This document shows, in pieces, positions 25,871-37,210 of a stretch of 64,000 bases of DNA. Position 1 is the first letter of the stretch, and every line of letters begins with the position of its first letter. Both the position numbers and the translations under genes were made by a program. The stretch covers positions 70,486,981 to 70,550,980 of the forward strand of contig JARFYF010000094.1 of the NCBI GenBank assembly GCA_030265395.1, given 5' to 3'. Below the pieces are notes generated by a model that saw nothing but the letters and a program-made list of their open reading frames with translations, was not told the DNA's origin and did no database searches. The stretch is from Rhina ancylostomus (Eukaryota).

Positions 25871-26368
25871 TTAGAAATTCTACAAATCCAACATACGATG
25901 TTAATTGGGTCTTCATGTAATAATATTTCAGTTTGTCTCTTATGTGAAAGGAATTCATTAAAAGTCAATCTGGGTCTTATTGCATTGACCTTGAAGTTTG
26001 TTATTTTGCATCAGGGTGTGATGTGCTAATACCGTATATAGAGCAACCCAGGCATGGAGTGGCTCTCAGTGCCATGCAGCATTGGTCTGGAAATATCTTC
26101 TAAGAACTTCATTTGTGAATGCATGGTCTGCGAGTGGCTTGAGCTAATCATCCAGAGGCAGGTCTTCACAACAAATGTGCTTTGGCAAGCATTATAGGGG
26201 ACTTACTTGCCTTGCCAACCCACAACTAATGGAGTCCAACTCTGGGAATCAGTTTTAAATATGTACCTGAGTTGTCCCCTTCTGTGACTCTCATTTCATC
26301 TTCATCCCACTTTACTAAAGGACCTCCAAACACTTCTCCCAATTACTACTCAACTACCCATCTACCCT

Positions 26369-26666
26369 GGGCAGGTATGGTAGTGTAGCAGTTAGCATAA
26401 CACTATCACAGCACCAGTGACCCAGGTTCAATTCCCACTGCTGTCTGAAAGGACTTTCTACATTCTCCTGTGTCTGTGTGGGTTTCCTCCAGGTGCTCCA
26501 GTTTCCTCCCACATTCCAAAGACATACAGGTTAGGAAGTTGTGGGCATGCTATGNNNNNNNNNNNNNGTGGCGACACTTGCAGGCTGTCCCCAGAACACT
26601 CTACGCAAAAGATGTATTTCACTGTGTTTCGATGTACATGTGACTAGTAAAGGTATCTTATCTTAT
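26369..26666 (+). mobile_element. Young V-SINE, full length
   Basis: tRNA-like head (B-box-like GGTTCAATTCC), V-domain 'gtgggtttcctccaggtgctccagtttcctcccacattccaaagac', and tail ending (tctta)n; closely similar to 3 other copies in the window. Confidence 0.92.
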
Positions 26667-28409
26667 CCCCACGACCATGATCAAAAACCCTTCCCACAAT
26701 CAGCACGGCTCAAACAAACATTTTGACATCACAATCTCTGCCATCCCCAACGCAGTGACTCTACACCAGCCTCAGTTCTACTTCTCCTGTCAGATGCTGC
26801 AGCCCAGGATCAGTGACCTACATGTTTTCCGTTGCTTTGTCAGAGGGTTAAAATGCAAGGCTGTTCTATTGCGAATGATACTTTGGGCCTTGTACACAAT
26901 GTTATGCTGTAACAGTGAGCTCTCAAGGAAAGCATGCATTAGCTTGCATACACTGCACATTTAAATTTGTCTTTCCTAGCACTGATTAATTTCTTGGTCA
27001 AAGTGGTATCAATAGAGGAAAGCACATGTTCTTTCTACAAGATATGGAAACATATTTAAACACAGAAGTTACTGTACACTAGAACATTTATGAGGAGTCT
27101 TTGGCATGTGAGCTAAATTGTTCTATTTTTTCATGTGCACTGTATACTGTATATGCAACACTATTATAAGACATATTTCCTTAACCCCACCTCCCAATCA
27201 CACTTGTTCCAAATCTATGTCAGTTCACAGTCTATCCACAGTTCTCCCCATGTTCTGTTCCAAATCCATCTTCTCCTTTGACATCCACTTTCTGCAGTTT
27301 CACTCTCCACATGCCACAGCTGGTCAATCAACTAACACCTCCAACTTCAGGTGACCTGATACTGCTGCTCTTCCTTGGGCACCAGCCTTCCCTCCTTCAA
27401 AACTGCTGCAGTCAACCTGCGCAAAAAAACAACCTCCGTCAGCCCATCTGTCCTCTCTCATTATCACTACATCTTTGAAGCTTATGTACACCCATTCTTG
27501 AGGTGTGAATGATGTTGGATGTTTATTTTGTCTGCCAATGTTTTTCTCAATCTATGGAACTGCAAGGTAATATTTGTAATGTATAAAACCCATTAAAAAT
27601 CACATTTTGTAAAAAGGTTATTAAATGAAATTAGCATTTGTGTCTTCATTAATGTTTATGCATGATGTCTAAAGTCCCTGGGTTTGGCCTTTTGCCCAGA
27701 ACTGTGAATGTGTGGCGGTGGCATGGGGACTGGTGAAAGGGATGATGATAGACTTTGCAAATGACCATGTACAATGTCCACAATTTCTCCAGGCAAGTAC
27801 TCAGATGTTTATCAAAATTACCTGGAAAAAAGCAAGAATACTAAAGAGAAATAGCTTGCCATATGCTTTTTAAAACAAAACAAAATAACTCCCTTTAAAT
27901 TTAACATAGGATGCTAATTGGGTCTTTATATAATTGTAAGTGTAATTAGAATTAGCATTGTAATTGTAAGACTGTGTCAAAAAAAGAGAGACACAAGAGA
28001 ATGAAGAACAGACAAAACCAGGGAGGGCAGTAGGAGGGGAATAGGGGCTGTGCAAAATATCAGATGCTGAATTAAACATGTCCATGAAAGTATGCACTTT
28101 TCTGTTTATCATTGTAAAAATGGTATTTCTGTTGGGGCTTGACAAAATCTAATATTGAAACATTTTCGTTAAACAGGGCTGACTAATCATGATGTATGTG
28201 CATGTTTATATGTAAGCTAATTACATTAATTGCCTTATTCCATTTTTAAACTTTCCAATTAATGACAGCTCTGGTAATTATGTAATCAGTCCACAGTAAG
28301 GAGCCATAGTACTAAATTTGGTTTTCCACTTAAAACTGCATTCTGAAGTGACAGTTTGCAAATGTGCTTGGGCTGCTGCACAACTCCGAGCAGTCTGAAA
28401 TAGAACAGA

Positions 28410-28640
28410 ATTAAAAATAGAAAATGCTGGCAACACTCAGCGGGTCAGGAATCATCTCTGGAAAGAGAAACAGAGTTAATATTTCAGGTCAAAGACCCTT
28501 CATCAGATTCTGATTCTGGCCAAGAGTCTTCGGCCTGAAACTTAACCCTGTTCCTCTTTCCATAGATCATGCCAGACCTGCTGAGGGTTTCACATATTTT
28601 CTTTTTTATTTCAGACTTGCAGCATCTGCATCTTCTTGAT
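28410..28640. mobile_element. Penelope-derived inverted-repeat element with hammerhead-like core
   Basis: Inverted arms; the minus strand of 28478-28506 reads CTGATGA AGGGTC TTT GACCT GAAA TATT. Confidence 0.85.
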
Positions 28641-28754
28641 TTCCATCAATTGTGAAATTGAACAGTGCAGATTGTCCTGCAGCTATGTCCACCTCCACAT
28701 TGCTGGATTGCCATCTTTTCCTCTGTGCTGTCAGAGTGAGGCTCGTATATAATG

Positions 28755-28880
28755 TTCCTAATGCAGGGTTTCGACCTGAAAAATCGATAATTCCTTTCCC
28801 CCACAAATGCTGCTTGACCCGCTGAGTTCCTTCAGCAGATTGTTACAACTGATTCCAGCATTTGCAGTCTCTTGTGTGTC
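28755..28880 (+). mobile_element. Penelope-derived single arm (CUGAUGC subfamily)
   Basis: 'ctaatgcagggtttcgacctgaaaaatcgataattcctttcc...ccagcatttgcagtctcttgt'; matches 53129-53222 and the reverse complement of 14640-14760. Confidence 0.8.
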
Positions 28881-29509
28881 TCTCTCTTGTATGTATTGTC
28901 AGATAGAAAATTCTACATAATACTTCAAGAATGTTGATAATCCATTACTGAGAGCACTTGGACTCTAGCATGCCCTTCCCTATATTTCTCAATAAAAGGG
29001 CATTCCTTCCAAACCTGGGACCATTATAACCATCAATGTTCCCAGAATCCACTGATTGTTGCCAAGATTTGCTTTCTTCTTGAAAGGCACTAAGCTCCAG
29101 TAACCTCTTTGATAGTACTTAACAGCCCTTAGTTTCTCCCTACAGTCAACGTTCCATGACCTGGAATTAGACTGGCTACTTGACCTAGGCTAGTTAGTTT
29201 CAGGTCAGGTTGTGTATCAAAAAATGTCTTTGAGTTCAGGTTAGGTTTGAATTGGCCATATTTTGAATGGATTTTATTTTATATTTGAGAAGATTTTCTA
29301 TATAGGATATCTTATCCTAACCACAATACTTTCACCTCGCCAATCCCCTATAATGTAACTGGAACCAGACAAACCTGTGCATATATTGTACAGTTAATAG
29401 TTATGGGATGTCTCTGAATAGTTGAATAGTTTTGAAATCCTGTCATGGTTATAATCTCAGAAAAGTATGACTCAAATTGCATACAAAAGGTCCCATGAAG
29501 GCAAGGAAA

Positions 29510-29740
29510 TAAATGAGGGATAAATATTAAGTAGAATCCTGGCTAAACACACTTTTCTTTGTCATTTATTATCTTGGGATATTTTATGTTCTCCTGAGAT
29601 TGCAAATGACTCTCAGACAAAAATCAAACGATACAAGAACATTCCCTTAATGTTACATCCATGTAACAAAATAAATTGTACTCAAATGGATGGAGTATGG
29701 TTTGATCTGTTTGATTCAGGGTCAATTACAGAGCTAAGTT
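29510..29740 (-). mobile_element. Deu-domain SINE (SacSINE1-like), highly decayed
   Basis: 'tgagggataaatatt...tgggatattttatgttctcctgag' matches the reverse complement of the Deu domain as recalled (CTCAGGTGGACGTAAAAGATCCCA...AATATTTATCCCTCA). Confidence 0.6.
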
Positions 29741-31185
29741 TGACAATTAAGTATTTCTGAAGTAACAACCTACCCTTGCAGTCCTTCAATGCCAAATGTT
29801 TATCTTCCTTTATTGTATCCTGAGCTTTATTGGATGTTAGAGATAAAAATCAAATGTGTAAGCACATGTCATAATCAAAGTAATTAGTTTTCAATTAAAG
29901 CATTCTTGGAATTCAAGCATTAAATCACCACTTAAAAAATCAACCTGCCATGCCATGTCAGTAGTAATATAGTTGAACACTCTATATTACATGGAATAGT
30001 ATTCCTATTTTTAGAAATAAATTAACTCTGTCTTTACCATGGGCAACATCACAAAGAATCTGTTAGTGCACTTATTATAAATAACAAAACATAACTGGAA
30101 TACTGTGTTAAGCCAGCAAAGTTGCAAAGATGGCATTTAATCAACAATTACCTCACCCAAAGCAAAATAAAATGAGTTCTTTATTTCCATCTATTATAAA
30201 AGTACTAATTTTTGGATACGGAAGAAGGAAAGCAGAGAATACAATGACAGTTTGGAACTCTTGTTCATTGCAATAAACTATCAAACAAGTACACATTATT
30301 AGCAGGGTGAAACACGATAGAAAACCAGACATCCATGGAAACAATATCCTTGACCAATGAGTCTCTGTTGATATGCAAACTGTTTATGTGTGTGACTGAA
30401 TTTACTAAGGCTGAAATGCGAAGTCCAAACTGTTACATTCTAAATCTTTAAGTCATTAGGTAAGTTGAAGGTCAAAGCATTAGCTTTCAAAAATTCTGGA
30501 CAAGGATTTGTCTCTATACTGTTATCATGGCAATGCATAACAGTTATAAATGTAGTTATTAGATTTAGTTTAGTAAAGGTTTATATTTTTCTGCCTAAAT
30601 TTTGTGCTAAGTGATAGGAAATCTATATGTTCTTCAGTATGTGAGACAGTACCTGGCTGTGCTGATTGTCTGAGCAGTCATCTGTGTATGTGTCATTGTA
30701 TGTGTATGTGCTAAGTCTACGCAGCAGAGCCTGGAGTTGGATGTCCTTTATAATTGGACTAATACTTCACTCTCTCAAGACCGTGTAGTACTGCAGTGCC
30801 ATGGCTAGTCTATGTTAAATCCTGTTTTTCTTTAAAGTCATCACATTTTTATTGATGTGCTGGTCTCTGCTTTGCAATGCAGTAATCCAGGGAACAAATG
30901 CTTCCATCAAAATTATCGAGGAGTGAAAGACACCTATGTATGAATAAACCTGGAGTAGCCAATGCATACCAGCACACCCAAGTATAAGGACACAGAGACA
31001 AAGTCTCAGAGAGCAACGTGGAATCCAAGACTCCTGGGCACCAAACTCTGCTGCACAGACACATAACAGCTACCCACAGTAAGTACAGACACTCTGTACT
31101 CAAGGACACAAATACAAATGCATTTGTCCTTGCCCTCTTCTTATATCCCTTCCCTCGGGCCACCTCCCCAAGCTTCTTTCTGCCT

Positions 31186-31220
31186 TAGGGAAAGAAGTTT
31201 AGGGAAAGAAGTTTAGGGAA
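31186..31220. repeat. 14-bp tandem duplication, 2.5 copies
   Basis: TAGGGAAAGAAGTT x2 followed by TAGGGAA. Confidence 0.9.
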
Positions 31221-31494
31221 GACTAACTCTTCCTTGTTCTGCTATCCTCCCCAAATGCTCTCCCTCAGCCCCCATCCCATCATTCACCCTCTGACCTCCT
31301 CTTTCAATTTTACTCTTATTTTCCCTTTCTGAACCCTTGGTTTCGTTGTTCACCCACTCTCCATCTATTGGCTGCTCACTCTTTCCTGGAGTGAAACTGG
31401 CGGTCTTACCCCATAGCCCATAGTTTAATATTTATCCCCAGGCCATATCACTTAAAAACTGACCACTTGGCATATTGAGTAGCTGGGATGAAAT

Positions 31495-31900
31495 CATAGC
31501 CATACAAGGTAAGGTTGAACAGACTGAATCTATAGTCATCAGAAAGGATTTTATTGAAACATACTAGATTCTAAAGGAGAATGAAAATGAAAATGCTAGT
31601 AGGATGTTTTACTTCATAGAGAATCTGGAACCAACTGGTTTAATTTCAGCATCAGACATTGCACATTTAAGACAGAGATGAAGAGGAATTTCTTCTCTGA
31701 CAGACATGAATCGTTCAAGCTCTCCACCCCAGAGAGATGTGGACTTTAAGCCAGTACATGTATTTGAGGCCAGGAGAGGCAGGCCTTTGTTGGGTACAGG
31801 CAGGGAAGTGGAACAATGGTCAAGATCAGTACAGCCATGACCTTGTGGAAAGGTGGAGAAGGCTTGAGGGACGATAGGGCCCACTTATGCTCCTGTTACT
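31495..31900 (+). mobile_element. CR1 LINE 3' end
   Basis: 'aggttgaacagactg...ttattgaaacatactagattctaaagg...ttaagacagagatgaagaggaatttcttctct...cagccatgaccttgtggaa...ggcttgaggg'. Confidence 0.85.
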
Positions 31901-32282
31901 AATATTGCTATTGCTCGGAGTTTGCTGTGGGCAAATTGACTGCCATATTCCATGTGTTACAACAGACATTCCTCTTACCAAACATTGTGCTCCTGACACC
32001 TGGAGTGCGAGTGAAAGATTGCGATCTACCCCAGTCATCATACCTTAAGGGTACCGCATATATTTCTATAAAATTACCTGAACCGTCATTTCTGCCTTCT
32101 AACAGCTGAGTCAGCAGAGACTCAAGCTTCTCATTTTGTTATGAATTAATTGCACATTTATTTCTGCCTCATGTTGTGGAAGCATTCTTCCAGCTTAAAA
32201 ACCTTGAAAATTGTATGAAGTCCTTTTGCCAGAGTTAATGTGTTTAAGAATTAAAGCCCAATATTTGAGAAAAAGAAATAAC

Positions 32283-32560
32283 TTAAACATTGAAGCACCG
32301 ACAATGCTTCATGGGCAATTAGTTACGTCTACAAGGTAGACATCATTGTGAAATAAGGAAGTGTGTTCCCCAGTAGGAGCCCACTGGTAATCAACTTATA
32401 AGTAACATTCTGAGAAGGTTCTTGATCTTCCTCAGGTAAAACAATTAAATGTCCATTTGAGGCCACAGAAGAGGTATTAGTTTAACACCAAATCTGAAAG
32501 TTGGCATCTGTGATAGTGGAGTTTTCAGCACAGGGTAAAGCACCTGGCTTCTGACTTTCA
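32283..32560 (-). mobile_element. Deu-domain SINE (SacSINE1-like), highly decayed
   Basis: 'tgtccatttgag...gtttaacaccaaatctgaaagttggcatctgtgatagtg' resembles the reverse complement of the Deu core; tail-like sequence at 32290-32360. Confidence 0.55.
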
Positions 32561-34389
32561 TTGGGTTTCCGCAATGAGAGTATTTCTGCTGATCCTTGGC
32601 TAACAACTTGCTGAATGAAATAATAGCAGAAGATCCTGAGGGAAGCAAATTCCAGTTGGAAAGTTACTTTGAAATGCACTTCTAAAAACTGAGAAATATG
32701 TGTATGNNNNNNNNNNNNNNNNNNNNNNNNNNNNNNNNNNNNNNNNNNNNNNNNNNNNNNNNNNNNNNNNNNNNNNNNNNNNNNNNNNNNNNNNNNNNNN
32801 NNNNNNNNNNNNNNNNNNNNNNNNNNNNNNNNNNNNNNNNNNNNNNNNNNNNNNNNNNNGGTGTGAGTTTACAAATGACTGAGCTAGTTAACTGAGCCAG
32901 ACTGAAAATACATTCTGAAATGAATGTTTTCATTGTAAACAGAGTTGCCTAACAGCATTAGCTATACAGATTAGCATAAAAGTACAATTAAAAATAATGT
33001 CTCTATTAAACTCCTTTCTCCTTAAACTTACAATAATATAGACCAATGCAAGGTTAAAATGGAGGTGAGAGACTGGAGTAGAAAGCTGAGTGTGATAATT
33101 TGAATTACACCACAAATACTTCTCATTCTGTGACTAATTGACAGAGGCAATGTAAGATGAGCTGTGCTGGGTTTGCTTAGAATTAGAAAGCAACCTCCAC
33201 AAATTATGAGGGTGACAGAGTATTCAGGAGTAAATTGATTTATTGTACAATGAAAGGAACACTAGATTTGTGAATGCCACTTTGAGCTCTACTTTGCATT
33301 TAAACCCTGACCCAACCCAGCCCCACATACAAATTACTCTATCCAAAGAATTCCCAAGTTACACCAGGTAATTTCAAGGTTCATTAGATTTAGCAACTTG
33401 ATGTATATTCTCATCTGTAAATTTTGGTGCAGGATCTTTCAAAGGTTATCAAAATAACTCTAAAAATAGATATCTTTTAAAATTTAGCATCAGCATTTTT
33501 TTTCTTTTAGCTGTCTACTCCTGAGTTATCAAAACCTGAACCACGGTGAGCAGGGACAGTTATTGATATTGTTTTATTTTTACTTTTTTGAGCTCTGTCA
33601 CAAAACAGAGCTCCAGAAAACTATTACAAACCACGAGTCGTGTTCCTTCATACACAGGGCTTTATATTAAGAACTCTGAGCCAATCTGCAAATACCATAA
33701 ATTTACAGGCTTCACATCTCCAAGTATTACTAAAAACATTGAATGTAAAACAATGGATATTTGAGAATGATTAAAAATTGTAATTCAATTAAGGATTTAG
33801 ATGGTGTCATATTCAATAAAAATAACAAAACTGTTTGAGCACTTAATGAACATCATCTGAACCATGAGATTACATTACACTCTGTGAATTCACTCCTGTC
33901 ATTTATTATTGTTTATAATATTTCATTTTAATTTCAGTATTTTTCTATTTCAGTCAGTTTTTCAATAGAGTTGAACAAATGCTGTTGTCGTCAATCACAT
34001 GACAAAATGATTGTGCTGGAGTTAATGGTCATTTCTTGAGAAATATAGTTCCTCTGTAGTTGAATCTTGATTATCTGTTTTAATGCAGCAGATTGTCTTG
34101 GAAATAACTGGTTTCTTCCAGCACTGTTATCCTCCATGTATGCTTGCACGATCATGTATTATGATAGCTGGTTTATGACTCGNNNNNNNNNNNNNNNNNN
34201 NNNNNNNNNNNNNNNNNNNNNNNNNNNNNNNNNNNNNNNNNNNNNNNNNNNNNNNNNNNNNNNNNNNNNNNNNNNNNNNNNNTTACAGGCTCCAAAGTCC
34301 TCAATAGATACAGTTAATCCCATTCCCAGTGCTGAAATAAATCAACCTCTCCTCAACCATCACATTCCTCCCCCACAGTTGTTCTCTTA

Positions 34390-35480
34390 GAAGAGAGGTG
34401 ATGTCAGCAGACCTTCAGGAGCAGGAGACAATATCCCATATCATGGGGACAATGAAGAGAAGATGGGTGATTAGAAGTTCGATGAGGCTTGAGAAAATGG
34501 GGTGAGACTCATGGATAAAAGATGAATTTGCAGAAAACAGGAGTGGAAAGAAAACTAGCGAATTATATGAGTTTTGGTCCACCTCAGGTGGGGGAAGAGG
34601 TGGGAAAGGGATGGAGGCAGGTATATTTAAAATTTTATATATTGAGCTGGGGAAAACAAGAATGTGGTAGTGGCATACTAAGCATTTTTAAGCTTAGTGA
34701 TGAAGGAGAGCATGAACTCATTATTATTGCAGTAAGAGTATGGGAGAACACTTTTAGAATGCTGAATGCAGAAGCCCAATGGTATTTGATGTAGCCAACT
34801 ATAAGCTGGAAGCAGCTCAACAAGTTTTCTGCAATACCTCTTCAAATCGGCATCCCTCAGACTTAANNNNNNNNNNAAGGGGATAGCCACAGTGAGAGTG
34901 ATGGTTTTATTAACCAGCACATCAATGATTTTGGTATTTGGTTGACTGGTTGCAGAGATGTTTTGGCAAATGAGAGCCAAAGGTTAGAATGTTGGGATTT
35001 TGAAAGTGCAGATGTAAGTGAGGTGGGACAGAACTTTTTCTCCTGGGATGGACACAGAAAAAAGTAGGATTGGGAGATTGCAGAGGGGTGAGTGTGGAGA
35101 GCAATTCAAGGAAGTGATGAGAGATGGCCTGTCACTCACTGAGACAATGCGAAGAGTGGGGCTACATGAGATGACAAANNNNNNNNNNNNNNNNNNAGTT
35201 TACATGGACCAATTGGTTAAAGAATGATGGGAATGCAATGAACTCAGAAACCAAAATAAAAAGGAAGATTGAGGATGGAAAGTCACTCAGTGTAGAGACT
35301 GAAGAGGGAAAACAGTGGAGGTGGCTCAAGGAGAATTTTTTTTCTTGTATTTGAGTGGGTGGTGGAGCATGAGTGTTTTAAATGAGCGGTGAGAGGCAAG
35401 AGCATAATGTAAGATAATGTGAAGAAGGAGAAAGTGCCACAGTAGGGTTATGAATTTAGAACTATAATTTGCAGAAGTAA
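34390..35480 (-). mobile_element. L2 LINE relic (endonuclease to pre-RT region)
   Basis: Purine-rich + strand typical of antisense L2; ORF 34678..34980(-) TKIIDVLVNKTITLT..LSLRDADLKR resembles the L2 linker; a decayed FKxLxLxxPP-like motif lies near 35360-35395. Confidence 0.65.
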
Positions 35481-35662
35481 TACTATTTATACTTTTCCAT
35501 GTTGAAGGTAGGAACTGAATCAGTTAAGGCCAGGACTGGAACCTTAAAGCTTACAACTGATAGTGTCAGAGCTCTGCTGTACTGCCCCAGTAAAGGGAAT
35601 GAGGATATATCAAATTTCCAGGGAAAACTGCAGCCTAATAATACATCTATTGCTCTACACCT

Positions 35663-36015
35663 CAGAATCAGAATCGGATATATCACCACTGACATATGTT
35701 GTGAAATTTGTTGTTTTGTGGCAACAATGAAAGATATAAAGACATAAAAACTATGATTTACAAAAATAAATTGTGCAAAAGAGGAATAATGAGGTAGTGT
35801 TCATGGGTTCATGGACTGTTCAAGAATCTGATGGCAGAGGGGAAGAAGCTGTCCCTGAAACATTGAGTGTGGGTCTTTAGGCTCCTGAACCTCCTCCCCG
35901 ATGGTAGTAGCATGAAGAGGGTATGTCCCGGGTGGTGAGGGTCCTTAATGATGGATGCCGCCGCCTTGAGGCAGAACCTCTTGATGATGTCCTCAATGGC
36001 AGGGAGGGTTGTGCC
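35663..36015 (-). mobile_element. Rex1/Babar LINE 3' end
   Basis: ORF 35809..36054(-): AASIIKDPHHPGHTLFMLLPSGRRFRSLKTHTQCFRDSFFPSAIRFLN; (attctg)n tail at ~35663-35680. Confidence 0.92.
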
Positions 36016-36899
36016 TGCAGAAATTGAACAAAAAATAATCATCAGTTGATGCACATATTGATACTAATCCAGAAAATTGAATCTGCTTTGCTTTGACAGA
36101 ATTCAAATGCAACGTGCACTATTTTTAATTAAAGTACTCAATTATGTNNNNNNNNNNTGTGCATTATTTAAGTACTGCAGTTTGATTAGGTATAAAATCA
36201 AGTGATTTATGAACAAAATTGATCACTAAATTAGATTGTGAAGCTCTCCAGTCTATCCATACAAATTAGGCTAAATTTGTTGTTACAGGGACAGCTGACA
36301 TAGTGGCTTAACAAGAGTCTTACACGTGTATTTTGAGTACCTTTGAGCACAATTTAGCATATGAGTTGGTCCCTATAGGATGAATTTACTCTCCTTGCTG
36401 ACCTAATTTTTCCATCAACATCTCTAACTCTATCCTGAACCAACTTAAATAATATAGCTGCAATGTGTTTGCCTCATATTCTCTAACCAAAATTAAGTTG
36501 AAAAGTGACATTACAAAGCCCTTTTCTGTAAATTATCACAACTGATTAATGTCCAAATGAATTAATTTTGCATTTCTGTTTACACAAGTATGTATTGGAA
36601 TTGGTGATTTTACTATTATGATCAATTTTCTCTAAGACACTAGCTATTTTAAATTTGATGCATTTTATTTCCAGAAATGCATCATTTGTATTTCCATCTT
36701 TTCATTTGATTTGGACATTGTTTAGTTTACTCCAGTGTATATTTTCTGCTGTTATAATGACCACTTCTGATCAGAAATGTGTGGACAATATCTGATGCGA
36801 CTTCTGACATAGGTAGAAGAATTCCAACTGCCCATTAGTTTATAGAAAATAGAAAGAAGGAGCCCAATTAAGATTGTCTTGAGATAGTGAAATCTAGAG

Positions 36900-37210
36900 A
36901 TAAGAATATTGGTGGTTAAAGCACTGATCACTGGCAGAGCTGTCTGGTGTTGAGAAGAAGGAAATGTGCAGGTTAAAAAGATTTGGACATGTGCTCTGCA
37001 GTTACTACCAACTCCATCTGAAGTTACAAACAATCTGGCTCAACTTTGGACGGTTGCCAGGGTGAATATTGGAGCTGATGGCTTGGACACAGAGTTTATG
37101 ACAGGAGCTGAAGATCATGGCTTTTCTCTTCTCCTAATTTCTGTTCATCTGATACTAGATGTCATACAAGGGCATGGTTAGAGACAGTGGAGGGATTAAG
37201 AGAGTTCTAT
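36900..37210 (-). mobile_element. L2 LINE RT C-terminal fragment
   Basis: 'gaagatcatggc...tttctgttcatctgatactagatgtcatacaag...ttagagacagtggaggga' matches antisense L2 just downstream of the YADD region. Confidence 0.6.

Noticed and set aside
26369-26440. tRNA genes at V-SINE 5' ends
   Set aside because: These are tRNA-derived SINE heads continuing into the V-domain, with no complete cloverleaf.
35790-35800. let-7-like TGAGGTAG(T) strings (also ~62744 and 62841)
   Set aside because: They are part of Rex1/Babar 3' UTRs; there is no mature let-7 match or hairpin.
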